From the IMG/VR virus record IMGVR_UViG_3300028048_000091, positions 32,001 to 96,000 of that record: a DNA stretch of 64,000 nt; one strand, written 5' to 3'. Positions 35,070 to 44,370 of the stretch are shown here, one piece after another. Under the pieces are notes generated by a model. The model had not been told where the DNA came from and ran no database searches. It saw only the letters and a list, made by a program, of their open reading frames with translations. Source of the stretch: a virus. Taxonomy: Duplodnaviria; Caudoviricetes. Numbering within the stretch: position 1 is the stretch's first letter; the number at the start of each line of letters is the position of its first letter. The position numbers and the translations under genes are program-made.

Positions 35070-36077
35070 TTACAGTTTTTTAAGTCCAAACTCCTCCATA
35101 AATCTACAATCTATTCCTTCGTAGATGAAATGGTAATCCTCTTCTTCCGTAGGAATGTTATTGAACAACTTATATGTCAGTGCATAATAAGGGGCAGGTA
35201 CGCAAACCAATTCAATTTCATCAGTAACGAGGTTTGTCTTGGCATAGAATGTATTTCTTGGACTGCCGCTTTCCTTGCAATATAACTGATAGCCTTCAAG
35301 TCTGAAGTATTCTGTCCTTACTTCAAGACCAAGTTTAGTCTTTACTGTATTTTCAATTTCCTTTAAACGTCCGGCCATCATACCTTTACCAATCATATCA
35401 GCAATATCGGATTCAATTACAATTTCATCATTGGCCATTGAAACAATATTCAAATCAGCACCGAAATTCTGCCAATATGTTTTCCATACCTCATTGATAA
35501 GATATTTCTCAACGGTAATTTGTCTTGCAGGATTTCGCTTACCAAATATTACTTGTCTTGAATACTTACTTTCCTTAACATATTGCAAATCAGTATACTT
35601 ACCGATGAAGTCCTCATAGGTATCAGCACCAAGTACAATATCCTTATTGACATATTTCAATGCTTGGAAGTTAGCCTTTCTTAAATCAATTGAAAGGAAT
35701 ACCTTGCCAAGATTCTCCCCATTATATACATTATTGGTTGTTACCTTTGGTCTATCAGTTACATCGAACTTATCCAATTTCATCATATTGAAGTCTTGGA
35801 ATGCAAAGTTCTCACCCATTGAAACAATAATATTGTCCCTTATCTGATAATAATCTTCAAGGAATTTATTAGCATCACCATCATAACGGCTGTCAATCAT
35901 ATCCCAAAGTGTCTTCCACTTGGTTAGTGACTTGAACTTATCCTCATACAGTTCAATGAAATAGAAGAAATACTTCTCCTTATTCATTGTGATTGGTAAC
36001 TTATAGTCACTGATAAATCGGTTAACCAACTCACGGTTATACCTTAAGTACTTTTCCTCAATCATTCTTGTATCCAT
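35070..36077 (-). CDS. Hypothetical protein with DNA-polymerase-palm-like motifs
   Basis: SIDLRKANF, K..RQVIFG, NDEIVIE. Confidence 0.5.
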   Translation of the reverse strand: MDTRMIEEKYLRYNRELVNRFISDYKLPITMNKEKYFFYFIELYEDKFKSLTKWKTLWDMIDSRYDGDANKFLEDYYQIRDNIIVSMGENFAFQDFNMMKLDKFDVTDRPKVTTNNVYNGENLGKVFLSIDLRKANFQALKYVNKDIVLGADTYEDFIGKYTDLQYVKESKYSRQVIFGKRNPARQITVEKYLINEVWKTYWQNFGADLNIVSMANDEIVIESDIADMIGKGMMAGRLKEIENTVKTKLGLEVRTEYFRLEGYQLYCKESGSPRNTFYAKTNLVTDEIELVCVPAPYYALTYKLFNNIPTEEEDYHFIYEGIDCRFMEEFGLKKL

Positions 36078-36243
36078 CTTTTCCCCACATGATTAATCTA
36101 ATAAAAATCGGCAGCATAAAACCGATAAGAAACGGCTCCCACTTAGAAGTCGGTGTGTAGCCCTCGATATCGTATATGTAATATAACAATGGTATTATAA
36201 TACCGAAATCGAAGGCTATACGTTTTACATTTTTTATTTCCAT
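36058..36243 (-). CDS. Small membrane protein
   Basis: Two hydrophobic segments; follows the promoter at 36272. Confidence 0.55.
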   Translation of the reverse strand: MEIKNVKRIAFDFGIIIPLLYYIYDIEGYTPTSKWEPFLIGFMLPIFIRLIMWGKDGYKND

Positions 36244-36271
36244 AAAATTTACATATATAAAATTTCTGTTG

Positions 36272-36326
36272 CAAATATACTAATTTTCTGCAACAGAACC
36301 AAATGTTTTTTATTAAAAAATGTTAA
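36272..36326 (-). promoter_or_regulatory. Bacteroidota-type promoter inside an inverted repeat
   Basis: TAtaTTTG 36272-36279, TTTGG 36299-36303; inverted repeat TTCTGTTGCA/TGCAACAGAA. Confidence 0.75.
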
Positions 36327-36587
36327 CTACATCCAAAAATCTATGAAGTCATTGATTTCCTTCTTCAAATCTTCCTTATCAAGATAACGCTTGGGAGACA
36401 GATATTTACCAATGGACTTTAATCCGTTAATAGCATCATCATTATCCATAAAGGCATAATTCAAGCCTTTATCAAAGGAATTAAGCCAATATAACACATT
36501 GTGATATCCAATCTCCCCCAAAATATCATCCTCAGAAGTCTCTGCAATGAGATTTTCCAATCTTTCTCTTTGGTCTGAAAACATCAT
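36327..36587 (-). CDS. Hypothetical protein
   Basis: 86-aa ORF. Confidence 0.6.
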   Translation of the reverse strand: MMFSDQRERLENLIAETSEDDILGEIGYHNVLYWLNSFDKGLNYAFMDNDDAINGLKSIGKYLSPKRYLDKEDLKKEINDFIDFWM

Positions 36588-36609
36588 AATCTATAGTTTT
36601 TAAAATTTT

Positions 36610-36819
36610 TTAATTCTGCAATCTTACACAAACATCCGGTGGCAATATCTCAAATTTCTCTTCGGCAAAACCACCATACTTTCCGAATTTAATACGAGGG
36701 CTATCAGTGTCATTTAATACAACAACACCGGTATCTGGTTCAGTAAACAAAACAATGTAGGCCTTGTCATCAACATAGTTTCGACCAAGATAAGGATAAG
36801 TAATTTTATTCTCTTCCAT
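36610..36819 (-). CDS. Hypothetical protein
   Basis: 69-aa ORF. Confidence 0.6.
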   Translation of the reverse strand: MEENKITYPYLGRNYVDDKAYIVLFTEPDTGVVVLNDTDSPRIKFGKYGGFAEEKFEILPPDVCVRLQN

Positions 36820-36835
36820 AATTTTCTAATTATTT

Positions 36836-37141
36836 TTATTTTTTATATAAATTAATGTTATCACTGAAATCTGTTGTACCAAATGTATTTGTGGTATAGG
36901 TAGTATAGTTCATGCCATTTCGTATACGTGGACGATTTGGATTATGCATCCACATATCAGGTAATGTGCAATTACAGAAACCACTTGCATATGGATTAAT
37001 CTGTGGGTTATTTAAACAGGTAGCACAGGGATAACCACTCATAGGGTCAGTGAAAATATTATTATCAAACAAACCCTCATACGGGTTTACACCAATACCC
37101 GGTTGCCCATCATCTTCAATTATGATTATTCGTTTAGCCAT
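36836..37141 (-). CDS. Hypothetical protein (C..C.NNP....SG.C.C.LP motif)
   Basis: Probable start MAKRII. Confidence 0.6.
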   Translation of the reverse strand: MAKRIIIIEDDGQPGIGVNPYEGLFDNNIFTDPMSGYPCATCLNNPQINPYASGFCNCTLPDMWMHNPNRPRIRNGMNYTTYTTNTFGTTDFSDNINLYKK

Positions 37142-37145
37142 ATTA

Positions 37146-37610
37146 TTAATTTGAAATATATTCTTTATATGTCTTTGACACAATACCACCATTAGCGGTT
37201 GGATACTTTGCCTTGACAATTGTCATAATATCCTTCATGTCCTTCATTGTCAACATATAACTATCACCTTTTGAAGTTTTAAAGGTATCAGCAGCCTCCT
37301 TGGTATATGCAATAATTTCTTCCTCTGATGCTTCCTTTGGCAAGTATGAATTGATTACTTCCAATTCTTTCTTTTCATTCTCAGCCAAGTCAGCACGGCC
37401 ACCTTTCTCGTATTGTTCGATTGAATCCTTACGCTGTGCAGCCATCTTCATCAATACCTTAAACTGCTCATCCTCGGACAGTTCCTTTGATGCACGGTTA
37501 GGCTCTGTCTGCTTCTTTAAAAACTCTGCCTTAATTAACTTTAAGACATTAAGCAACTCTCTGTTCTTCTGATGCATTGCATCCTTAATCAATTCGTCAA
37601 TCTGTATCAT
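37146..37610 (-). CDS. GatB/YqeY domain protein
   Basis: K.AM, QRKDSIEQY..GGR.DLA..E..E..VI..YLP, MKDM. Confidence 0.9.
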   Translation of the reverse strand: MIQIDELIKDAMHQKNRELLNVLKLIKAEFLKKQTEPNRASKELSEDEQFKVLMKMAAQRKDSIEQYEKGGRADLAENEKKELEVINSYLPKEASEEEIIAYTKEAADTFKTSKGDSYMLTMKDMKDIMTIVKAKYPTANGGIVSKTYKEYISN

Positions 37611-37614
37611 TTCT

Positions 37615-39060
37615 TTACTTCATTTTATATCCTTTAATATGTTTTAATAATGTCTCTTTATCAATTTTAGGGTTATTGAATGCTAATTTCAAGGCATAAT
37701 CAAGACATTCTTTAACTTCTCTACCAGGTTTCAACCCCTTGATAGCCATTACATCATTTCCGTCAATAGGTAATCTATATCCGGACATGTCAGTGTTTTC
37801 CTCAATCATTTCAGCAGTCCTATCATCAATTAAACGACATTGGTTATTAAAACAATACTCCGGAGCATGTGCCTTGTTATCTGCATCAATCAATGACAAA
37901 AGCATTGCATAATACTTATTGCCACACTCATATTGGAGTTTACGAAGTGACTTATCTTTCATGTGTGAACAGTCATCACCCCAATTCTTAGTTCTCATGT
38001 GATTCTTAACCAAGAACTGTACATCCTTAATGAATTCATTTGAATATTTCAAACGTCTTAGAATGGTTTCACATAAGTCAACAGATGCCAACTCATGCTG
38101 ATAGAAATGGACATTACCATTTTCATCAACAGTTTTTGTCTTAATCTTACCGATATCATGCAGTAATGCGGCCATCCGTAGAGCCAACTTGCCATTAATG
38201 GTAAAAGCACCATAATATAAACAATCATTCGTTACATTATCCAATACTTTGAGAGTATGCTCGAAAACAGTACCAAAATGATATTTGTTCTGTTTCATTC
38301 CAAATGTTTCTTCCAACTCTGGGATAACATATTTCATTGCCCCAATATCTTTAAGCAACTTCATTGCACATACAGGGTCTTTACATAAAAGCATCTTATT
38401 CAATTCATCCGCAATACGTTCCTTGGTAATGATAGACAATCTATCGACATTGAAATACATACCTTTAAGGGTCGTTTCCTCTATATACCAATCAGTTGAC
38501 TCACCATGAAATCTTGAGAAAAAACGCACACACCTCAAAATTCTCAAAGGGTCATCACAATAGACAATATCAGGTGTTGAAGTAACCCTAATACGATGTT
38601 CATTTATGTCTTTTAAGCCATTCCCGGTTATGTCAATTAACTCTTCTTTACTTATATTCCATAACAATGAGTTAATTGTTAAATCCCTACGCATTACATC
38701 TTCTTCGAGTGTACCGTATGCAGTTTCCGGATTCCTACTACTTTCATCATGATACTGTTCTTTCCTTGTCTGAACACATTCTATCTCAACATCGGGAAAA
38801 GATGCAAGTTTGAACATGGCAGTACCATATGTGGGATATGTAACAACAGAACCAAAAGTGAAATGGTTTTTCTCCATCCACTCAGCAAACTTTAACCCTC
38901 CGTTTTCTTTGGTAATCACGAGGTCAATGTCCTTCACATCGTTACCCATAACCATATCACGGACAGCACCTCCTACTGAATATACGTTATTCTCCCATTC
39001 ACTACCGGCAATGATAGTCTTTAAATGATTTAATATTTCCTTATATTTCTCTATTCTCAT
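37615..39060 (-). CDS. cca: CCA tRNA nucleotidyltransferase with HD domain
   Basis: VGGAVRD, KDIDL, RRDLTIN, DDPLRILR..RF, ERI..E, EHT, LLHDIGK. Confidence 0.9.
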   Translation of the reverse strand: MRIEKYKEILNHLKTIIAGSEWENNVYSVGGAVRDMVMGNDVKDIDLVITKENGGLKFAEWMEKNHFTFGSVVTYPTYGTAMFKLASFPDVEIECVQTRKEQYHDESSRNPETAYGTLEEDVMRRDLTINSLLWNISKEELIDITGNGLKDINEHRIRVTSTPDIVYCDDPLRILRCVRFFSRFHGESTDWYIEETTLKGMYFNVDRLSIITKERIADELNKMLLCKDPVCAMKLLKDIGAMKYVIPELEETFGMKQNKYHFGTVFEHTLKVLDNVTNDCLYYGAFTINGKLALRMAALLHDIGKIKTKTVDENGNVHFYQHELASVDLCETILRRLKYSNEFIKDVQFLVKNHMRTKNWGDDCSHMKDKSLRKLQYECGNKYYAMLLSLIDADNKAHAPEYCFNNQCRLIDDRTAEMIEENTDMSGYRLPIDGNDVMAIKGLKPGREVKECLDYALKLAFNNPKIDKETLLKHIKGYKMK

Positions 39061-39437
39061 ATAATCTTATCTTCTAATAATTCACAAATTACTTCAAAAG
39101 CCGCATCTAATGTAGTATTAGCTTCGACTGAATATATGGATGGCCACATCGTCGTTAATCTTGGATAATGAACTAATTTGTGTGTAACTAACAATCTATA
39201 TGGCGTATTATCCTCTTTAATAGTAATTTCATATGGCATTAAATCCAATAAAGCAGAAAGACTCCACGCAGGAATCATATCTTTTAAAGAGTATGGATAT
39301 GGCACATCTTTTGGAACACAATACCATCGCTCATCATGCCATCTATACAGCATATCAGCCGTAGTAACATCAACCCCTAACTCTATTAGTTTCTTGGACT
39401 GTTCAATATCTGTACAATTTTTACTGGTATTCTTCAT
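39057..39437 (-). CDS. Hypothetical phage protein (T.IEQSKKL/PAWSLSALL)
   Basis: Paralog of 16069-16470. Confidence 0.7.
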   Translation of the reverse strand: MKNTSKNCTDIEQSKKLIELGVDVTTADMLYRWHDERWYCVPKDVPYPYSLKDMIPAWSLSALLDLMPYEITIKEDNTPYRLLVTHKLVHYPRLTTMWPSIYSVEANTTLDAAFEVICELLEDKII

Positions 39438-39951
39438 CTTGCCTAATTCCGTATTTATGAAAATATCTTAATGGCCTCCACTTGTGACCTTTTACGTAAA
39501 ATCCCCATTTATGCCTTGGTCTTCCCTCAAACATCAATGTCCATGCGCCGCCTTTTGGTATACTTAGATAGTGTCTGTCTTCTGCCTTAGAAAACCAGAT
39601 TGACTTATTCATATGAAAGAAGTTATGCCATGAATTGAATATTCCTTCAACATAACATCTTTTTTCATTTGGTCTTACCCCATAAGAATTTTCTCCCCAA
39701 TCTGGATTTTCATTCTCATTTTCTGGTTTAACGTTCCAATATCTACCCTTTAAGACAATACTTAATAAATCAGCACTATGGTCATGAAAGAACCTGTTAT
39801 CATCTGATTTAATCCAATGATGTATTCTTATAGAATATCCAAAAAACAAAAATGTCCACCTTATCAAGTATGGATTATCCTCATAGCCTAACTTTTCAGC
39901 CCATCGAATTTGAAATCTCTTGAATTTGGCGACATTACTACTACCGTACAT
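39421..39951 (-). CDS. Cupin-like hypothetical protein
   Basis: FHDH, H...WTL...WGF; probable ATG at 39951. Confidence 0.6.
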   Translation of the reverse strand: MYGSSNVAKFKRFQIRWAEKLGYEDNPYLIRWTFLFFGYSIRIHHWIKSDDNRFFHDHSADLLSIVLKGRYWNVKPENENENPDWGENSYGVRPNEKRCYVEGIFNSWHNFFHMNKSIWFSKAEDRHYLSIPKGGAWTLMFEGRPRHKWGFYVKGHKWRPLRYFHKYGIRQDEEYQ

Positions 39952-39965
39952 ATGCTTGCATTTTT

Positions 39966-40169
39966 TAGTCAAGAGGGAAGGAATCGAACCCCCACTACCT
40001 ACCTCACATTCGGAACTACTTCAATAATACCTTGTCTAGAATATATTAATGTTTTGTTCTACCCTGAGAGTTCAGTGCTTTCACAGCCTCAATCATGTTT
40101 CATCGGAAATTAACCATCGTCATGGATTTCCAAATCGATTGCGTTCTACCACTTTGAACTATCCTCTCG
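39966..40169 (-). ncRNA. tRNA-like RNA (204 nt) with expanded anticodon/variable regions
   Basis: Acceptor CGAGAGG/CCTCTTG-A, D-arm GTTC-AAAGTGGTA-GAAC, T-arm GGGGG-TTCGATT-CCTTC, about 130 extra nt in the middle, own promoter at 40180. Confidence 0.75.
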
Positions 40170-40179
40170 TTTTCGTTTG

Positions 40180-40234
40180 CAAATGTACTACAAATATTTT
40201 AAATTACCAAATATTTTTAGTAAAAAATTGTTAA
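40180..40234 (-). promoter_or_regulatory. Promoter of the tRNA-like RNA
   Basis: TAcaTTTG 40180-40187, TTTGG 40207-40211. Confidence 0.75.
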
Positions 40235-40259
40235 TAATTCTTTTAAAACTTGTATTTAA

Positions 40260-40304
40260 CATTTTTTGCAAGAAGTCCCCTTCCTTCAGGTGGGGGTAGT
40301 TCAC
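40260..40304 (+). mobile_element. 45-bp minimal derivative of IS200/IS605 element 3 (left end fused to right end)
   Basis: TTTAA|CATTTTTTGCAAGAAGTCCCCTTCCTTCAGGTGGGGG (as left end 26921-26958) joined to TAGTTCAC (as right end 25584). Confidence 0.8.
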
Positions 40305-40322
40305 GTGAAGCCTCACAGTATG

Positions 40323-41585
40323 TTAAAACTTACACAAAGTTGAACTTCGTGATTTATTAACTTCTTGCTTCACAGAGCCACTACTTTTTAGCGAATCATT
40401 TCTGATTGGGTCATCCATAGTTGGGTTCTCCACAAGCTTAGATTCGGGTGAACTGCACCCTATTATTCTTAATCCCTCATCCAATATATTTAATGCTGCA
40501 TTGTAGTCTCTACTAATTACTTCTCCGCAATGAGGGCATATCCATTCTCTGTCATTCAATGTCAATTCCTTATTGACATAACCGCAATTATGACACGTCT
40601 TTGAACTTGGGTAAAATCTGTCAACAAATACTATCCTTCTGTTGCACCAAGAAGCCTTGTACTCAAGCATACGTCTGAACTCTCCAAAGTTCATTTCCAA
40701 AATGCTTTCTGCAAGGTTATGATTCTTAGACATACCTTTCACATTTAAGTCCTCCATACATATGACTTGGTTTTCGTCAATGAGTGAATTACTTACGCTG
40801 TGAAGATAGTATTCTTTTCTATCGTTTATTTTCTTATACACCTTAGCAAGTTTAATCCTTGCTTTATTTCTGTTATTACTTCCTTTCTGTTTTCTTGAAA
40901 GTTGCTTCTGAAGTTTCTTTATCTTCTTTGTTTCTGATTTTTTGAAATGAAGATTATCGAACACTTCTCCTTCAGATGTAATAACGAAATCCTTAACGCC
41001 AAGGTCTATTCCTACTACTGAATTTGTTTCTTTGACTTGATGCATCAAGTCTCCGTCAACAAGAATTGAAAGGTAATACTCTCCACAAGGCAAACGTTTT
41101 AATGTTACTTGTCTTATACAATTCTTATGTTTTTCAAGATACTCAGCATATTTCTTGTTACATCTGAACTTAACATTTCTTATATTAGCAAGAGAAATCT
41201 TGTAGTCTGTATAGACGTTACGCTTGGAGATTGCTCCAAGTTCAAATCTACAAGATTGTTTATTATCGTGCTTTGACTTAAACTTAGGAAATCCACTATG
41301 CTGTTCGAAGAAATTCTTATATGCTGTCAGCATATCTTTCACTGCTTGTTTCAAGACTTTAGTGTTTTGCTCTCTAAGCCATATGAAATTGTCGTCTTTC
41401 AGTAATTCGTGATGAACAAACTGGCCTAACGTAGATAAGTTTTCAGTTATTCCATTATTCTTATATGATTCAATCTTTCTGTTAAGACATTGATTATACA
41501 CAACACGATAGCAGCCAAGCAATTTATTGTACTGAGTTGCTTGTTCTTTGTTCGGATATAATCGTATCTTAACTGCTCTTAACAT
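40323..41585 (-). CDS. tnpB: TnpB RNA-guided endonuclease
   Basis: Close paralog of 5955-7214 with intact RuvC D/E/D. Confidence 0.95.
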   Translation of the reverse strand: MLRAVKIRLYPNKEQATQYNKLLGCYRVVYNQCLNRKIESYKNNGITENLSTLGQFVHHELLKDDNFIWLREQNTKVLKQAVKDMLTAYKNFFEQHSGFPKFKSKHDNKQSCRFELGAISKRNVYTDYKISLANIRNVKFRCNKKYAEYLEKHKNCIRQVTLKRLPCGEYYLSILVDGDLMHQVKETNSVVGIDLGVKDFVITSEGEVFDNLHFKKSETKKIKKLQKQLSRKQKGSNNRNKARIKLAKVYKKINDRKEYYLHSVSNSLIDENQVICMEDLNVKGMSKNHNLAESILEMNFGEFRRMLEYKASWCNRRIVFVDRFYPSSKTCHNCGYVNKELTLNDREWICPHCGEVISRDYNAALNILDEGLRIIGCSSPESKLVENPTMDDPIRNDSLKSSGSVKQEVNKSRSSTLCKF

Positions 41586-42022
41586 TACTTATTGTATATT
41601 ATCTTCATTATTTTTCCGCTATTACAATTTTTTTGGCCAACGACTTTCCAATGGCAGAATTCTGGAGACGTATCATGGTAATATCCATCATTTTCATCAA
41701 AATATTCCCAATATGTTCCTTGAACATCTGTTAAAGTTCTATATTTTTCGTTTTTAATACCTTCCAAAACTATGTCACCTTTCTGAACATTTTTCCAATC
41801 AATAGTGTCTGATACTATTTTTCTTCCATCATAGTAGCCGACTTCTACAATAATAGCTGAATCGCCACCTATTATCCTATTGATGTCAGACTCACGATAG
41901 CGTCTGTGACCGCCAGACGTTAAAATTGGTTTAAGTTTATTTTCCTTGTCCCAAATTCTTAATGTCTTAGGCGTAACATCAAGTATTTCTGCTGTCTTTG
42001 ATATGTTGTATAGTTTATCCAT
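41585..42022 (-). CDS. IS607 TnpA HTH fused to an unrelated domain
   Basis: First about 52 aa nearly identical to TnpA 7612-8229; no YARVSS motif. Confidence 0.8.
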   Translation of the reverse strand: MDKLYNISKTAEILDVTPKTLRIWDKENKLKPILTSGGHRRYRESDINRIIGGDSAIIVEVGYYDGRKIVSDTIDWKNVQKGDIVLEGIKNEKYRTLTDVQGTYWEYFDENDGYYHDTSPEFCHWKVVGQKNCNSGKIMKIIYNK

Positions 42023-42025
42023 TAA

Positions 42026-42187
42026 TTAAGTTAATACTTCTTTTATTGCATTCTCGCTTTTGTCAACCAACTCTTGAAATTCTTCAAGTGTGATTGTTTC
42101 ATCAACATCGAACATCAATGGAAATGTTTCACCATTATCAGTCTCGAATGTCTTGTTTTCAAAATCAATATTTACTACTTTCATCAT
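42026..42187 (-). CDS. Conserved 53-aa ORF at the IS607 left end
   Basis: MMKVVNIDFENKTFETDNGETFPLMFDVDETITLEEFQELVDKSENAIKEVLT. Confidence 0.75.
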   Translation of the reverse strand: MMKVVNIDFENKTFETDNGETFPLMFDVDETITLEEFQELVDKSENAIKEVLT

Positions 42188-42319
42188 ATATAAATATCTA
42201 TTAATTTCAAAAAGTTATTATTTTTGTAATAAAATGTTAAAAAATGTTTAATTATTTATTTAACTGTTAAGTACACCACTAAAGTGGCGTGCTTCCTAAT
42301 GCCTTTTCTTCTGCCTTAT

Positions 42320-42502
42320 TCATCTTTCATAGCTTGTTAGTAAATATACAACTTTATCAAACTCGTCAACACTCAATTTATTCAACTCTTTTAATATTGT
42401 AGCATCAAATACGTTTTCTAATTTTATTCCTGCTACTAATTCAATAGCACAAATTACATCTTGCCTATTGAAACTTTTTCCAACAAATACAAACTTATCC
42501 AT
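42320..42502 (-). CDS. Hypothetical protein
   Basis: 60-aa ORF. Confidence 0.55.
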   Translation of the reverse strand: MDKFVFVGKSFNRQDVICAIELVAGIKLENVFDATILKELNKLSVDEFDKVVYLLTSYER

Positions 42503-42758
42503 CTTTCATAGCTTGTTTAATGTCATTAACAAATTCTTCAACACTTTCACCAACTCCTCTACATCGGTAATCTATATAGATGGGTAGTTTTTCGTTTAAC
42601 CACTCATAAATTTCTTCCCTTGCAATATCCACAGCCCTTCTTGCTTGTTTTGGATGAATCCAGGGAAAATAAGCTTGCTTTCCGTTTGGGTAATAACCCT
42701 CAAAAATATTACTACAATCCCTTGTGTTGTCCTGTATATATTTCTCTGCCTTACTCAT
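42495..42758 (-). CDS. Modular hypothetical protein (MSKAE)
   Basis: Probable start 42758. Confidence 0.6.
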   Translation of the reverse strand: MSKAEKYIQDNTRDCSNIFEGYYPNGKQAYFPWIHPKQARRAVDIAREEIYEWLNEKLPIYIDYRCRGVGESVEEFVNDIKQAMKDG

Positions 42759-42881
42759 AGTTCTATTTCTTATTCGTATTAAAACAACATTTATCACAAG
42801 GACAAGGGTATTTGGCTATACCTATTATGTAAGTCCGATAGTCAACACATTCGTATATATCTTTATATTCAATACACATCG

Positions 42882-43271
42882 TCAGTCCTCCATATTTGGT
42901 AATGAACAATCTAACCACCACTTAACATCTGTAATATTCCAACCACCTTTATCATAGGTTTTAGGAGTATAGTGTTCTACCTTTCCTGTTGATAGACTCT
43001 TTCCATCCCATCCATTAGGATTAGGTCTGTGTGCAAACGCTACCTTACCATTGTTAATAATGGCTATCACTTCTCTGTCATACTCTGGCAGGTCATCCCC
43101 TTGTGCATCTTTCCAAGGTGTAGCACAATATACTGCCCTTTTGGTCTCTTGCCAGAAAAACCTTAGTTGAACCCAAAGATTATTGTATAGTTTCTTACCC
43201 TTCATGCGGTCAAGAATCTCCATTATGGCATCGTCTCTTTTGTATAAAACTTCTTTTAGTGTCATAATCAT
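42882..43271 (-). CDS. Hypothetical protein (DUF551-like W...DLP...EV C-terminus)
   Basis: 129-aa ORF. Confidence 0.6.
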   Translation of the reverse strand: MIMTLKEVLYKRDDAIMEILDRMKGKKLYNNLWVQLRFFWQETKRAVYCATPWKDAQGDDLPEYDREVIAIINNGKVAFAHRPNPNGWDGKSLSTGKVEHYTPKTYDKGGWNITDVKWWLDCSLPNMED

Positions 43272-43903
43272 TCTCCTTTCTGTGCTTTAAAACGATTCAA
43301 GACCTCTTTACAGTAATCCTCATCATTAAGCACAAGCATTTCATTACTTGTTTGTCTACGGTATTCTGCCATAATTTTCCTAAGTACAGAAATATCTTCC
43401 CAAGTTAATTCAGAGTGCTGTGCTTTAAGCCCAAGTTCAAAGAAATGCTCACCAATTAATTTTATGTCTTTTACGCCACATTCTACTTTTCTGTAATTCT
43501 TATCCCAAAAATTATCTATTTCTTTCTCCAAGTCCACCTCTTTTACTTCAAGATTTTCTTTATACCGCATGTCTCTTGCAAGTTCAACACCCATTTCGCC
43601 ACCACTAATGACTGCTTGTTCAATTTCCTTTCTCCATAGTTTCTGTTGTTCTTTCGTAAGTTGATTGAATAACTCACTCTCTATGTTGAAAGAATACGTT
43701 TCTGCGTGTGCTTGAATACCTGCTTTAATAGAATCATATTGAACACACTGCTCATAAGGGTCTTTTACGTCAAGTGTACCGATAATGTCTTTTACATCAT
43801 TGTAAGCCCATACTCGCTGATGCCCTATGTTATTTATTGGTGCATCAATTATTCGTTTATTTATCTCCGCTACTAAAGCGGATTTTGATATATACTGTTT
43901 CAT
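43268..43903 (-). CDS. Modular hypothetical protein (KSALVAEI/KEVDLEKEI/HFFELG/LTWEDI/RFKAQKGE)
   Basis: Combines modules found separately in 11050, 12661 and 13035. Confidence 0.75.
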   Translation of the reverse strand: MKQYISKSALVAEINKRIIDAPINNIGHQRVWAYNDVKDIIGTLDVKDPYEQCVQYDSIKAGIQAHAETYSFNIESELFNQLTKEQQKLWRKEIEQAVISGGEMGVELARDMRYKENLEVKEVDLEKEIDNFWDKNYRKVECGVKDIKLIGEHFFELGLKAQHSELTWEDISVLRKIMAEYRRQTSNEMLVLNDEDYCKEVLNRFKAQKGE

Positions 43904-44034
43904 AACTTATAATGCTTTATAAAACCTTATTAACAATTTTACTATAACCTTATCTTCAAAATTTCCATCCACAAGTGTATCAGAAGGAAATGATTCTATC
44001 ATCTTCTTTGTAATTTCTTTCCACTCCTTTCTTG

Positions 44035-44367
44035 TCATATTGTTCCTTTCTGCGCTTTAAGTTGTTCATCTTTTACTGTAAGCATTAAGTTGCGACAACC
44101 TTCTATTTCATCGTGACTAAGATTAGTATTCATTGCAAGCCAATCGCAACATTCTGCTATAATTGTATGTATCATCGAATCCACCTCTTTCACTTTAAGG
44201 GTGTTAAGGAAAGAAAGGATTTTTCCACAAGTTGCAATATGTTCAGACCATGCAATATAACTTTCTTGGTCATTATTTTCTTGTGATTGTTGACATTTGA
44301 ATTTTCCATTTGATATTAACTTTTCTATCTCCGCCACTACAGCGGATTTGTCTATGTAGTGTGTCAT
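44035..44367 (-). CDS. Modular hypothetical protein
   Basis: IDKSAVVAEI, LKVKEVD, LKAQKG. Confidence 0.7.
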   Translation of the reverse strand: MTHYIDKSAVVAEIEKLISNGKFKCQQSQENNDQESYIAWSEHIATCGKILSFLNTLKVKEVDSMIHTIIAECCDWLAMNTNLSHDEIEGCRNLMLTVKDEQLKAQKGTI

Positions 44368-44370
44368 AAC

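Larger units (their letters stand above)
40315..42275 (-). mobile_element. IS607-family element 2 (non-autonomous; tnpA catalytic domain replaced)
   Basis: Same ends as element 1; inserted into an IS605-type end hairpin. Confidence 0.85.

Noticed and set aside
39966-40169. tmRNA or canonical tRNA
   Set aside because: It has a D-stem, lacks G3:U70, is too short for tmRNA and has no standard anticodon arm.
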